Assembly: GCA_964358595.1 (NCBI GenBank)
Contig: CAYHQJ010000004.1
Location: 1 to 37,765, forward strand
Length of the DNA stretch: 37,765 bases
DNA from: an uncultured Gemmatimonadales bacterium
Lineage (GTDB): Bacteria > Gemmatimonadota > Gemmatimonadetes > Gemmatimonadales > JACORV01
Direction: 5' to 3'
Made by a program: the position numbers and the translations under genes
The notes under the pieces: generated by a model
What the model saw: the letters and a program-made list of their open reading frames with translations, nothing else
What the model was told of the DNA's origin: nothing
Databases searched by the model: none
In this document: positions 1-10,029 of the stretch, piece after piece
How the letters are laid out: every line of letters begins with the position of its first letter
Numbering within the stretch: position 1 is the first letter of the stretch

Positions 1-596
1 TCGACGAGATCGAGAAGGCGCACCCGGACGTCTTCAACATCCTCCTCCAGGTGCTGGACGAGGGGCGGCTGACCGACAACTACGGCCGCGTGATCGACTT
101 CAAGAACACCGTGGTCATCATGACGTCGAACGTCGGCGCCCGGGACATCACCAAGAGCTCGGCGCTCGGGTTCGTGCAGCAGTCCTCCGAGCACGCGTTC
201 GAGCGGATCGCCGAGAAGGTGAAAGAAGAGATCAACAAGACGTTCAACCCGGAGTTCCTGAACCGGCTGGACGACGTGATCGTCTTCCACCCGCTCTCGC
301 GCGAGCACATCGCACAGATCGTCGCCATCGTGCTCAGGGAGCTGATGGTGCGGCTCTCGGACGAGGAGCTGACGCTGAAGCTCACGGAGAGCGCGTCCGC
401 GTTCCTCGTGAACCACGGCTACGACGAGCACTACGGCGCGCGGCCGCTGAAGCGCGCGATCCAGCGGTACATCGAGGACCCGCTCTCGGAGAAGATCCTG
501 CTGGCCGAGTTCAGCCGCGGTGACGAGATCGAAGTCGACATGGCGCCGGACGGTGAGCGGCTGCAGTTCCGGGCCCTCCAGAGCTCCAAGGCCTAG
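1..596 (+). CDS. clpC: ATP-dependent Clp protease ATP-binding subunit, C-terminal part (5' truncated by window)
   Basis: The frame from position 3 reads DEIEKAHPDVFNILLQVLDEGRLTD (Walker B of the second AAA domain), then IMTSNVG, the ClpP-binding loop LGF, FNPEFLNRLD and YGARPLKRAIQ. Confidence 0.9.
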   Translation, partial: DEIEKAHPDVFNILLQVLDEGRLTDNYGRVIDFKNTVVIMTSNVGARDITKSSALGFVQQSSEHAFERIAEKVKEEINKTFNPEFLNRLDDVIVFHPLSREHIAQIVAIVLRELMVRLSDEELTLKLTESASAFLVNHGYDEHYGARPLKRAIQRYIEDPLSEKILLAEFSRGDEIEVDMAPDGERLQFRALQSSKA

Positions 597-609
597 CCAA
601 ACCGGCGGG

Positions 610-3033
610 ATGCGCGCAGAGACCCTCGCCGCCCTGCTGGCGGCCGCACTTGTCTTCTGCCCGCCTCCGGCGCGGCTCCTCGCGCAGGAGCCGACCGAGG
701 GCGGCGCGCTGATCGATTCGCTCGAGGTCGTCGGCAACCGCCGCGTCACGCGCGAGACGATCGTGAACGCCGCCGGCATCCCGCTCCGCACCCCCGTCAC
801 CTACCGCGACATCCAACGCGCCATCCGCAGCCTCGTCGCCCTCGGCCAGTTCGACGACATCCAGGTCTCCCGCCGCTCCGGCGACGCCGGCGAGGAGATC
901 GTGACGTTCATCCTGCGCGAGCGGCCGCTGCTGGTCCGCGCGGGGGTGCGCGGGGTGGACAAGCTCTCCGAGCGCGCGGTGCGCGAGAGGATCGAGATCC
1001 CCAACGGGCGGCCGCTCGACCCGGCGCTCGTCGAGCGGGCGCGGTTGCGGATCGACTCGCTCTACGAGGCCGAGGGCTACTACCTCGCCGAGGTTCGGCC
1101 GGTCCTCGCGCCGCAGGACAGCGACGCGGTCCGGCTGGTCTTCGATATCACCGAGGGCCGGCGGGTGGCGATCGCCGCCGTGCGGATCGAGGGGAACAGC
1201 GACTTCACCGACGGCCAGGTGGTCAAGCGGATGAAGACGCGCCCCGAGGGCTTCTGGTGGTTCCAGCAGGGCGAGTACTCCGAGGACCGCCTGCGCCAGG
1301 ACCTCGACGAGCGAATCCCTGGCTTCTACGGCAGCCACGGCTACATCGACTTCCGCATCCTGCGCGACACCCTGCTGGTGGATGAGACCAGTGGCAAGGC
1401 CACGCTCGTGGTCGAGGTGAGCGAGGGACGGCCCTACCGCGTGGGCACCGTGACGGTGGACGGGAACCGCTACTTCTCCACCGACCAGGTGCTCTCGCTC
1501 AACCCGTTCGACGTCCGCCCGGGCGCCGGGCTGCGCTGTCTGCTGCGCGGCTGCGGCGCGGCGCGGGTGAACTGGTTCGACCAGACGGCGTGGGATGACG
1601 CGACCGCGAAGCTGCGCACCCAGTACGCCAACGCGGGCTATATCTACGCGGAGGTGCGGCCGCGGATCGAGCACGTCGAGTCGGCCGACACGACCGAGCC
1701 CCCGACCGTGAACCTCAGCTGGGCGGTCAACGAGCAGCACCCGGCGATCGTCAACCGCATCGAGATCCTCGGCAACGAGGTCACCCACGAGCGCGTGATC
1801 CGCGAGGCGCTGGTCATCCTGCCGGGCGACGTCTTCGCGCAGGACCGGGTGCTGCGCTCCTACCAGAACATCAGCAACCTCGGCTTCTTCAACCAGCCGC
1901 TGCCGTTCCCCGACACGCGGCCCGCCAACGATCAGGGCGACATCGATCTCGTGTTCCGGGTCGAGGAGAAGCACACCGGGAACGTCAACTTCGGCGCGTC
2001 GGTCGGGCAGGGGACCGGCGTCGGCGGGTTCCTCGGGCTCGACGAGCCGAACCTGTTCGGCCAGGGCAGGCGCGGCCGCCTCCAGTGGCAGTTCGGGAGC
2101 AACATCAACGACTTCGACATCAGCTACACCGACCCGTCGTTGTGGGGCAGCCGCGTCTCGGGCACCGCGGCGCTGCACAACACGCGGATCCGCTACACGA
2201 TTGCAGACCTCGGCCGGATCACGACACGGGGCGGCTCGCTGCAGCTCGGGCTGCCGCTCCCGCGCAGCCGCTACAGCCGCGTGTTCCTCTCCTACGGTCT
2301 CGAGGTTGAGAAGTACTCCGGTGCGGCGCAGAACCTCACCGGATCGTTCCGCTGCGCCGACTGCCTGCGCTCGACGGTGGGGCTCACCTTCCTGCGAGAC
2401 ACCCGCATCGACCTCCCGTTCGCCACCGGCGGCTCCATGCACAACCTGAGCGCGAACTTCACCGGCGGCGTCCTGGGCGGCTCGGCCACGTTCCAGCGCT
2501 ACGACCTCGAGGGGCGGTGGTACGCGCCCGCCGGCCGGCTCGGCGGGGGCCCCGTGCCGGGCAGCGGGATCCGGCTCGTGCTGGGGCTGACCACCAAGGC
2601 GGGGTTCGTCTTCGGGGACCCGGGGCCGTTCTTCCGCCAGCTGTTCGCGATGGGCGGGACGCAGTTCGGGATCCCGCTGCGCGGCTACGACGAGTTCGCG
2701 ATCACGCCGCAGGGCTTCAACCCCGACGCCACGCTGGGCGGCGTGCCGCGCACGGCCTTCGGCCGGTCGTACTACGCGACGACCGTGGAGTTCGGTGCCC
2801 GGTTCAGCCAGCAGATCTACGTGTCGGCCTTCTACGACGCCGGCAACGTGTGGGCGAGCGCGGCGGGGTTCAACCCGACGCGGCTGTTCCGCGGCGCGGG
2901 CGTCGGGGTGGCGCTGATCACGCCGCTGGGCCCGCTGGGCGTGGACTACGCCTACGGGTTTGACCGGACCGACAGTTCGGGCCGGCCGGCGCCCGGCTGG
3001 AAACTTCACTTCAAGATCGGCAACTTCTTCTAG
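610..3033 (+). CDS. bamA: Outer membrane protein assembly factor BamA
   Basis: ATG at 610 gives a signal peptide (MRAETLAALLAAALVFC...LLAQ). It has POTRA repeats (GN..., YANAGY, NLGFF), a beta-barrel with LRGYD and FYDAGNVW, TPLGPLGVDYAYG and a C-terminal Phe. It lies upstream of skp-lpxD. Confidence 0.95.
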   Translation: MRAETLAALLAAALVFCPPPARLLAQEPTEGGALIDSLEVVGNRRVTRETIVNAAGIPLRTPVTYRDIQRAIRSLVALGQFDDIQVSRRSGDAGEEIVTFILRERPLLVRAGVRGVDKLSERAVRERIEIPNGRPLDPALVERARLRIDSLYEAEGYYLAEVRPVLAPQDSDAVRLVFDITEGRRVAIAAVRIEGNSDFTDGQVVKRMKTRPEGFWWFQQGEYSEDRLRQDLDERIPGFYGSHGYIDFRILRDTLLVDETSGKATLVVEVSEGRPYRVGTVTVDGNRYFSTDQVLSLNPFDVRPGAGLRCLLRGCGAARVNWFDQTAWDDATAKLRTQYANAGYIYAEVRPRIEHVESADTTEPPTVNLSWAVNEQHPAIVNRIEILGNEVTHERVIREALVILPGDVFAQDRVLRSYQNISNLGFFNQPLPFPDTRPANDQGDIDLVFRVEEKHTGNVNFGASVGQGTGVGGFLGLDEPNLFGQGRRGRLQWQFGSNINDFDISYTDPSLWGSRVSGTAALHNTRIRYTIADLGRITTRGGSLQLGLPLPRSRYSRVFLSYGLEVEKYSGAAQNLTGSFRCADCLRSTVGLTFLRDTRIDLPFATGGSMHNLSANFTGGVLGGSATFQRYDLEGRWYAPAGRLGGGPVPGSGIRLVLGLTTKAGFVFGDPGPFFRQLFAMGGTQFGIPLRGYDEFAITPQGFNPDATLGGVPRTAFGRSYYATTVEFGARFSQQIYVSAFYDAGNVWASAAGFNPTRLFRGAGVGVALITPLGPLGVDYAYGFDRTDSSGRPAPGWKLHFKIGNFF

Positions 3034-3048
3034 CGAACGGACCAACGA

Positions 3049-3750
3049 ATGGAGAGGACCATGGCTCGCGTGACCGGCGTAGCGGCCGCCCTTGCGCTGC
3101 TGGCGACCTGGACCGCCGCCGCCCAGGCCCAGCAGCCCGGCGCGCCGGTGGTGCCGTTGCGGATCGCGTACATCAACTCGCAGGTCATCCTGGCGAACAC
3201 GCCGGGTCGGGCCGCGGCGGAGTCGCTGTTCGCGCGCGAGATGGTGCAGTGGCGCGCGGAGGTGCAGCGCCTCCAGCAGCAGCTCGACTCCGTTGTGGCG
3301 GAGTACAGCCGCACCTCGGTGGTGATGAGTCCCACCGCAAAGACGGCGAAGGAGGCCGAGCTGCGCCAGATGGAGCAGCGGGCCCGGCAGCGGGCCGTGG
3401 AGCTGGACCAGCAGTCCCAGACTCGCGAGCAGGAGCTGACGGCGCCGATCATGCAGCGTGTCAACGCGGTGATCGAGGGGATCCGCGCGGAGTTCAACTA
3501 CGCGCTGATCTTCGACGCCGCGGCGCAGAGCGGCGCTCTGGTCACGGCGGACCGCGTGCTCGACATCTCGCCGCTGGTGATCCAGCGGCTCCAGGCGGGC
3601 GCGGGCGCGCCGCCGCAGGGCACGGTGCAGCCGGGGGTGCAGCCGCCGCTCGCAGCGCCGCCAGCCGCCGCCGATTCGACCCGGCCGCGCCCGGCGGCCG
3701 ACACGGCGGGGGCGCGCCCGGCGACGCCGCTCCGGCCGCGCCGACCGTAG
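3049..3750 (+). CDS. skp: OmpH/Skp periplasmic chaperone with a Pro/Ala-rich C-terminal tail
   Basis: Signal peptide, [11 protein letters not shown], coiled-coil body, YALIFD and [10 protein letters not shown]; canonical position between bamA and lpxD. The start may be ATG 3061 (GGAGAGGA upstream). Confidence 0.9.
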   Translation: MERTMARVTGVAAALALLATWTAAAQAQQPGAPVVPLRIAYINSQVILANTPGRAAAESLFAREMVQWRAEVQRLQQQLDSVVAEYSRTSVVMSPTAKTAKEAELRQMEQRARQRAVELDQQSQTREQELTAPIMQRVNAVIEGIRAEFNYALIFDAAAQSGALVTADRVLDISPLVIQRLQAGAGAPPQGTVQPGVQPPLAAPPAAADSTRPRPAADTAGARPATPLRPRRP

Positions 3751-3772
3751 GCGGGTCGCGCCGGGCCGCCGG

Positions 3773-4807
3773 GTGAGCGCCTCGCTGTCGGCCGCCGAGA
3801 TCGCCGCTCTGGTCGAGGGCACGCTCGTCGGCGACGGCGGCGTGCGGATCGGCGCGGTGGCGGCGCTCGACCGCGCGGGCCCCGGCGACCTGACGTTTCT
3901 TGCCGCGGCCCGCTACCTGCCCTACTTTCACGCCTCCCGCGCCGGCGCCGTGCTCTGTACCGGGGAGCACCGGGCGGTCCAGCCGGGCCCCGCGACCCGC
4001 ATCATCGTCCCGGACCCGCACCGTGCCATGGTGCGCGTGGTGCGGGTTCTGTATCCGGAACCGCCGCGCCGCGCCGGCGTGGACGCCAGCGCCGTGATCG
4101 GCGAGGGCGCCGTGCTCGGGGGCGACGTGGTCCTCGGGCCGCACGTGGTCGTCGGGCCCCGCGCGCGCCTCGGCGAGCGCGTGGAGGTGATGGCGGGTGC
4201 GGTGATCGGCGCGGGAGTCGCGGTCGGTGACGACGCCACGATCTACCCGCACGTGGTCTGCTACCCGGGCACCGTCGTGGGCGCGCGGGTCATCCTCCAC
4301 GCGGGGGCGCGGCTGGGGGTGGACGGCTTCGGCTACGTGCTGGGGCCCGCGGGCCACGAGAAGATCCCGCACGTGGGGCGGTGCATCATCGGCGACGACG
4401 TCGAGATCGGCGCCAACACGACCATCGACCGCGGCAGCGTGGACGACACGGTGATCGGCGCGGGGACCAAGATCGACAACCTGGTGCACATCGCGCACAA
4501 CTGCCGCGTCGGGACGCGGTGCCTGATCATGGCGCAGGTCGGGCTCGCGGGCTCGGTGCGCGTGGAGGACGGCGCGATCCTCGCCGGGCAGGTGGGCGTG
4601 GGTGGGCACCTCACGGTGGGCGCCAGGGCGCAGGTGGGCGGGCAGGGTGGAGTGATCGGCGACATCCCGGCGGGCGCCATCGTGTCCGGCTATCCGGCGC
4701 GGCCGCACCGCGAGGCCATGCGCGCGACCGCCGCGTTGTACCGCCTGGCGGAGATCGTGGACGAGCTGGAGGTTCTGGTCGAGCGTGGCGGGAAGCAAGC
4801 CGGCTGA
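3773..4807 (+). CDS. lpxD: UDP-3-O-(3-hydroxyacyl)glucosamine N-acyltransferase
   Basis: Hexapeptide repeats, [19 protein letters not shown] and [13 protein letters not shown]. Confidence 0.96.
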   Translation: MSASLSAAEIAALVEGTLVGDGGVRIGAVAALDRAGPGDLTFLAAARYLPYFHASRAGAVLCTGEHRAVQPGPATRIIVPDPHRAMVRVVRVLYPEPPRRAGVDASAVIGEGAVLGGDVVLGPHVVVGPRARLGERVEVMAGAVIGAGVAVGDDATIYPHVVCYPGTVVGARVILHAGARLGVDGFGYVLGPAGHEKIPHVGRCIIGDDVEIGANTTIDRGSVDDTVIGAGTKIDNLVHIAHNCRVGTRCLIMAQVGLAGSVRVEDGAILAGQVGVGGHLTVGARAQVGGQGGVIGDIPAGAIVSGYPARPHREAMRATAALYRLAEIVDELEVLVERGGKQAG

Positions 4808-6086
4808 CGCGCCGCGGCGCACCGTGCGCCGCGAGACCTCGCTCGAGGGCGTCGGGATGCACACCGGCGCGACCTCGCGCGTCACGTTCCGGCCCGCGGC
4901 GCCCGGCACCGGCGTGGTGTTCCGGCGGGTGGACCTCGACGGGGCCCCGGCGATCACCGCCCGACTGACCAGCGTGAGCGCGGTGGAGCGGCGCACCACG
5001 CTGAGCCAGAACGGGGCCGAGGTGCACACCGTCGAGCACCTGCTCGCGGCCGTGTCGGTGCTCCAGCTGGACGACCTCGAGATCACGATCACCGGCCCCG
5101 AGCCGCCGATCCTCGACGGCTCGTTCACGCCGTTCTTCGACGCTCTCGTCGCGGCCGAGCCGACGGAGCACGACGGGCAGGCCGACGAGTTCGTCGTCCG
5201 CGAGGCCTTCGCGGTGACGGAAGGCGACTCGTCCTACCTCGTCGGCCCGCATGGCGGGCTGCGGCTCACGACGACGATCGAGTTCCCCCACCCGGTGATC
5301 GGGCGGCAGTCGGGGACCTACGACGTCACGGCCGACGGGTTCGCGCGCGAGCTCGCGCCGGCGCGCACCTTCGGCTTCGTGCACGAGGTCGAGGCGCTGC
5401 GGGCGAAGGGGCTCATCTCGGGCGGTACCGTGCAGAACGCCATCGTGCTCGACGCGACGTCGGTCGTCGGCACGACGCTGCGCTGGCCCGACGAGTTCGT
5501 GCGCCACAAGACGGCGGACATCCTCGGCGACTTGGCGTTGCTCGGCGGGCGCCTCCGCGCGCACGTCGTCGCCACCCGGCCGAGCCACCGCGGCAACGTC
5601 GCCCTCGGGCGGGCCATCCGCCTGCGGGCCGCGCGTTCGGGAGGCGCCATGATGGACATCCGCGACATCCTCGCCGTCATCCCCCACCGCTACCCGATGC
5701 TGCTCGTCGACCGGATCCTCGAGGTCGAGGAGAAGAAGCGCATCGTCGGGATCAAGAACGTCACGTACAACGAGCCGTTCTTCCAGGGGCACTTCCCCGG
5801 CCACCCCGTGATGCCGGGCGTGCTGATCATCGAAGCGATGGCGCAGGTCGGCGGGATGCTGCTGATGTCGTTCGTGCCCCGCGAGGACCACCAGAGCAAG
5901 GTGGTCTACTTCATGTCGCTCGACAACGTGAAGTTCCGCCGGCCGGTGGTGCCGGGAGACCAGCTCCGCTGCGAGCTCGAGATGGTCCAGTTCCGCGGCA
6001 AGACGTGCCGCATGAAGGGGATCGCGTACGTGGACGGCAACGTCGTGTGCGAGGCCGACATGATGGCGGCGCTGGTGGACAAGTAG
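4785..6086 (+). CDS. lpxC-fabZ: Bifunctional LpxC deacetylase / FabZ 3-hydroxyacyl-ACP dehydratase
   Basis: The N-part has [29 protein letters not shown] and [11 protein letters not shown] (LpxC). The C-part has [12 protein letters not shown] and [23 protein letters not shown] (FabZ). Single ORF. Confidence 0.95.
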   Translation: MAGSKPADAPRRTVRRETSLEGVGMHTGATSRVTFRPAAPGTGVVFRRVDLDGAPAITARLTSVSAVERRTTLSQNGAEVHTVEHLLAAVSVLQLDDLEITITGPEPPILDGSFTPFFDALVAAEPTEHDGQADEFVVREAFAVTEGDSSYLVGPHGGLRLTTTIEFPHPVIGRQSGTYDVTADGFARELAPARTFGFVHEVEALRAKGLISGGTVQNAIVLDATSVVGTTLRWPDEFVRHKTADILGDLALLGGRLRAHVVATRPSHRGNVALGRAIRLRAARSGGAMMDIRDILAVIPHRYPMLLVDRILEVEEKKRIVGIKNVTYNEPFFQGHFPGHPVMPGVLIIEAMAQVGGMLLMSFVPREDHQSKVVYFMSLDNVKFRRPVVPGDQLRCELEMVQFRGKTCRMKGIAYVDGNVVCEADMMAALVDK

Positions 6087-6087
6087 C

Positions 6088-6864
6088 GTGACCCGGCGCA
6101 TCCACCCCACCGCGATCGTCGCCCCCGATGCCCAGCTGGCTGACGACGTCGAGGTCGGCCCGCACGCGATCGTCGGGCCGCAGGTCACCGTGGGGCCGGG
6201 GTGCGTGCTCGGCCCCGGCGTCATGCTCGAGCGCAACGTGATGCTCGGCGCGCGGGTCAGGGTGGGCGCGGGCAGCATCCTGGGCGGCGACCCGCAGGAC
6301 CTCAAGTACCAGGGCGAAGAGACCTGGGTCGAGGTCGGCGACGACACCATCGTCCGCGAATACTGCACGGTGAACCGGGGGACGACGCAGTCGTTCCGTA
6401 CGACCATTGGCCGGCGCTGCCTGGTGATGACGTACGCGCACGTCGCGCACGACTGCCACATCGGCGACGGGGTGATCCTCTCCAACGGCGTCGGGTTGGC
6501 GGGTCACGTCACGATCGACGCGAAGGCCACCCTGGGCGGGATGACGGGCGTGCACCAGTTCGTGCGCATCGGGGCCTTCGCGTTCATCGGCGGGATGGCG
6601 AAGGTGACCAAGGACATCCCGCCGTACGTGAGGGCCGACGGCAACCCGGCACGGCTCTTCGGCCTCAACGTCATCGGGCTGCAGCGCAACGGGTTCACGC
6701 GCGAGACGCTGGACGAGCTCAAGAAGGCGTACCGGCTGTTCTTCCGGTCGAACCTCATCATCAAGCAGGCGATCGCCCGCGCGCGGTCGGAGCTGGCCGC
6801 GCTCCCCGAGGTCGAGGTCTTCGTAGGGTTCATCGAGGCGAGCGAACGCGGGGTGGCGGTGTGA
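6088..6864 (+). CDS. lpxA: Acyl-ACP--UDP-N-acetylglucosamine O-acyltransferase
   Basis: IHPTAIV, PQDLKYQGE, REYCTVNRGT, HVAHDC, VHQFVRIG and GLNVIGLQRNGF. Confidence 0.96.
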   Translation: MTRRIHPTAIVAPDAQLADDVEVGPHAIVGPQVTVGPGCVLGPGVMLERNVMLGARVRVGAGSILGGDPQDLKYQGEETWVEVGDDTIVREYCTVNRGTTQSFRTTIGRRCLVMTYAHVAHDCHIGDGVILSNGVGLAGHVTIDAKATLGGMTGVHQFVRIGAFAFIGGMAKVTKDIPPYVRADGNPARLFGLNVIGLQRNGFTRETLDELKKAYRLFFRSNLIIKQAIARARSELAALPEVEVFVGFIEASERGVAV

Positions 6865-7844
6865 CCACGGCGCCGCTCGCCGTCGGCGTGGCCGGGGTGG
6901 GCAGCCTGGGGTTCCATCACGCACGGCACTACGCGGCGCTTCCCGGCGTGCGGCTCGCCGGCGTGTTCGACGCGCGGCCGGAGCGCGCGGCCGAGGTGGC
7001 GGCGCAGCTGGGCACCAGGGCCTGTCCGTCGCTCGACGCGCTGCTCGAGGACGTCGCGGCGATCTCGGTGGTCGTGCCGACCCCGGCGCACCACGACGTC
7101 GCGCTCGCGGCGCTCGCGCGCGGCCGCCACGTGCTGGTGGAGAAACCGCTGGCCGCCACGATCGCGGAGGCCGAGGCGCTGGTGGCGGCGGCGGAACGCG
7201 CGGGCGTCGTGCTCCAGACGGGGCACATCGAGCGGTTCAACCGCGCCGTGCGCGCGGCGGCCCCGCACCTCGCGCGGCCGCGGTTCATCGAGTCCGACCG
7301 GGTAGCGCCGTTCGTCGCGCGCGGCAGCGACGTCGCGGTGATCCTCGACCTCATGATCCACGACATCGACCTTGTGCTCGCGCTGGTGCGCGAGCCCGTC
7401 ACGGACGTGCGTGCCTCGGGAATCGCCGTGGTGACGCGCAGCATCGACATCGCGACGGCGCGGCTCGAGTTTGCGAGCGGCGCGGTCGCCAACCTCACGG
7501 CGAGCCGCCTCGCGCGCGAGCGGGTGCGCAAGCTGCGCATCTTCCAGCCGAACGGCTACTTCTCGCTCGACCTCGCCGCGGGGACGGCGGAGTACCTGCG
7601 GCTGAGGAAAGACGCCGCCGCGGTGCTGGCCGGCGCCGCGCCGGGCCTGGCGGCGGCGATCGAGCGCGTTCCGCTCGAGGCGCCGGAGGCGGACGCCCTC
7701 CAGCTTGAGCTCGCGAGCTTCGTCCGCGCGGTCCGCGGCGAGGAGCCGCCTGCGGTGACGGGGCGTGACGGGCTCGAGGCGCTGCGCCTCGCCTTCCGGG
7801 TGCTGGAGGCGATGGGTCCGGCGGCCGCCGGGCAGCTGTCGTGA
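6861..7844 (+). CDS. Gfo/Idh/MocA family NAD-dependent oxidoreductase (GnnA-like UDP-GlcNAc 3-dehydrogenase candidate)
   Basis: GTG start overlaps the lpxA stop (GTGA). Motifs: GVGSLGFHHAR, HVLVEKP, GHIERFN, DLMIHDID. It sits between lpxA and lpxB. Confidence 0.85.
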   Translation: MTTAPLAVGVAGVGSLGFHHARHYAALPGVRLAGVFDARPERAAEVAAQLGTRACPSLDALLEDVAAISVVVPTPAHHDVALAALARGRHVLVEKPLAATIAEAEALVAAAERAGVVLQTGHIERFNRAVRAAAPHLARPRFIESDRVAPFVARGSDVAVILDLMIHDIDLVLALVREPVTDVRASGIAVVTRSIDIATARLEFASGAVANLTASRLARERVRKLRIFQPNGYFSLDLAAGTAEYLRLRKDAAAVLAGAAPGLAAAIERVPLEAPEADALQLELASFVRAVRGEEPPAVTGRDGLEALRLAFRVLEAMGPAAAGQLS

Positions 7845-8953
7845 GCACGGTGTTCGTCTCGTGCGGGGAGCCGTCCGGGGACGCGCACGCGGCCGCCCTC
7901 GTGACCGCGCTGCGCGGACTTGCGCCGGACGTCGCGGTCGAGGGCGTGGGGGGACCGAAGCTGGCCGCGGCCGGCGCGCAGCTGATGGCGCGCATCGAGG
8001 AGCTCACGGTGATCGGCTTCGTCGAGGTCGCGAAGAAGATCCCGGCCCACCTGCGCCTGCTGCGCGCGATCGAGCGGCGGCTCGCACGCGGCGACGTGAA
8101 GCTGATCGTGCTGGTGGACTACCCGGGCTTCCACCTGCGGGTCGCGGCCGCCGCGCACCGGCTCGGCGTCCCGGTCTTCTACTACATCGCGCCGCAGCTC
8201 TGGGCGTGGCGCGAGGGGCGGGTGCGCCAGATGGCGCGCACCGTCTCGCGGCTCGCGGTGATCCTCCCGTTCGAGGAGGAGTTCTTCCGGCAGCGCGGCG
8301 TGCCGGCCACGTTCGTCGGCCACCCGCTGATGGACCGCCCGCCGCTGCAGGGCGACCGCGGGACCTTGAAGGCGGCGCTGGGGCTCGACCCCGGCCGCCC
8401 GCTGCTCGGCCTCTTCCCTGGCAGCCGGACGCAGGAGACGGCGCGCCTGTGGCCCATCTTCCGGGACACGGCGCGGCAGGTGCTGCGCTCGCGGCCCGAC
8501 GTCCAGAGCCTCGTGGCGGCCACCGGGGGGGGCGACTACCCCGACGCGGCCGGCGTGCGTATCGTGCCGGGGCGAGCGGCGGAGTGCTTCGCCGCCGCGG
8601 ACGCCGCGCTGTGCAAGTCGGGGACGACGACGCTCGAGGCGGCGCTGGCGCTCACCCCGCAGGTGGTCGCGTACCGCCTGAATGCGCTCTCCTACCGGCT
8701 CGCGCGCCGGCTCGTGAAAGTGCCGTGGATCGGGCTCGTCAACCTGGTTGCCGGGCGGCAAATCGCCCCCGAGTTCGTGCAGGCCGATGCCCGGCCCGAC
8801 CGCCTGGCGCAGGCGGTGTTGCCATTGCTCGACCCGGCCTCCCCCGAGCGCCGCTCGCAACTCGAGGGCCTCGCCGAGGTGCGGCGCCGGCTCGGCGGCC
8901 CCGGGGCGGCGGGCCGGGCCGCGGCGCTGGCGCGTGAGCTGCTGGTCGCGTGA
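7841..8953 (+). CDS. lpxB: Lipid-A-disaccharide synthase
   Basis: GEPSGD, VDYPGFH, YYIAPQLWAWR, ILPFEEEFF, FVGHPL, FPGSR and SGTTTLEAAL. Confidence 0.96.
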   Translation: MSTVFVSCGEPSGDAHAAALVTALRGLAPDVAVEGVGGPKLAAAGAQLMARIEELTVIGFVEVAKKIPAHLRLLRAIERRLARGDVKLIVLVDYPGFHLRVAAAAHRLGVPVFYYIAPQLWAWREGRVRQMARTVSRLAVILPFEEEFFRQRGVPATFVGHPLMDRPPLQGDRGTLKAALGLDPGRPLLGLFPGSRTQETARLWPIFRDTARQVLRSRPDVQSLVAATGGGDYPDAAGVRIVPGRAAECFAAADAALCKSGTTTLEAALALTPQVVAYRLNALSYRLARRLVKVPWIGLVNLVAGRQIAPEFVQADARPDRLAQAVLPLLDPASPERRSQLEGLAEVRRRLGGPGAAGRAAALARELLVA

Positions 8954-10029
8954 GCGGTGTGGACTGGGGACGCGTGGCATCCTGGGTATGGCGGTCGCGC
9001 TCGCCGGGCGCCGTGGCGACCCGCCTGGCGCTGATCCCGGCGGCGGCGCTCTACCGCGTGGGCGTGGGGGCCCGCAACGCCGCGTACGATATGGGCCTGC
9101 GGCGCTCGCGGGCGTTGCCGCTGCCGTCGGTCGGCGTGGGCAACCTGGCGGTGGGCGGGACGGGGAAGACCCCGGTGACGGGATACCTCGCCCGCGAGCT
9201 GGTGCGGCGCGGCCTCAGGCCCGGCATCGTGCTGCGCGGGTACGGCGGCGACGAGGAGCGCGAGCACGCCGCGGCGGTGCCGGAGGCGATCGTGGTCGCC
9301 GACCCGGACCGCCAGGCGGCCGCGGTGCGCGCGGCGGCCGCCGGTGCCGAGGTGCTCGTGCTCGACGACTGCCTCCAGCGGCGCGACGTCGCGGCGGACG
9401 TGATGGTGGCGGTTGTCGCGGCCGAGACGTGGAGCGGCTGGCGGCTCCCGCTGCCGGCCGGAGCGTGGCGTGAAGGCGCGGGCGCACTGGGGCGGGCCGA
9501 CGCCGTGCTCGTGACGTGCAAGACCGCCGCCACCGCGGAGGGGGAGGCGCTGGCGACGCGGCTCGCGCCGCGCACGCGCGGCGGGCTGGGGATCGTGGTG
9601 CGGCTCGCGCCAGCGGGCTTCCGCCCGCTGGGTGCGCGTGAGCCGGTCGGACCGGAGGTCGTGCGGGGTCGCGACGTCGTCGCGCTCTGCGCGATCGGCG
9701 AGCCGGAGCTGTTCGCGGCCCAGCTTGAGCGGCTGGATGCGCGGGTCACGCTCGCGGCCTTCGGCGACCACCACGCCTTCATGGCGGCCGACGTCGCCGG
9801 TGCGCGGGCGCGCTCCGGCACCGGCGGCCTCGTTGTGACGACCGCGAAGGACGCGGTGAAGCTGGAGCCGCTGTGGCCTGCGGGCGACCCGCAGTGCCTG
9901 GTGATGCAGCTGGACGTGCAGCCCGCGGGAAGCGCCGCGGCGCTGGACGCTCTGCTGGATCGCGTTGCCGTTGCGGCACGCGGAACCATCAACCGAAGGG
10001 CGGCAGGTCCGCCTGCGAGACCATCATGA
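8950..10029 (+). CDS. lpxK: Tetraacyldisaccharide 4'-kinase
   Basis: [14 protein letters not shown]-loop, LRGYG, LDDCLQ, FGDHHAF and TTAKDAVKL. Confidence 0.93.
   Translation: MSGVDWGRVASWVWRSRSPGAVATRLALIPAAALYRVGVGARNAAYDMGLRRSRALPLPSVGVGNLAVGGTGKTPVTGYLARELVRRGLRPGIVLRGYGGDEEREHAAAVPEAIVVADPDRQAAAVRAAAAGAEVLVLDDCLQRRDVAADVMVAVVAAETWSGWRLPLPAGAWREGAGALGRADAVLVTCKTAATAEGEALATRLAPRTRGGLGIVVRLAPAGFRPLGAREPVGPEVVRGRDVVALCAIGEPELFAAQLERLDARVTLAAFGDHHAFMAADVAGARARSGTGGLVVTTAKDAVKLEPLWPAGDPQCLVMQLDVQPAGSAAALDALLDRVAVAARGTINRRAAGPPARPS

Noticed and set aside
511-3822. 1103-aa minus-strand ORF and the many other long antisense or alternate-frame ORFs (e.g. 4611-6485, 9051-11291, 31182-33269, 35955-37523)
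   Set aside because: They are Arg/Ala/Gly/Pro-rich shadows of well-supported genes, expected from stop-codon scarcity at high GC, and show no recognisable motifs.
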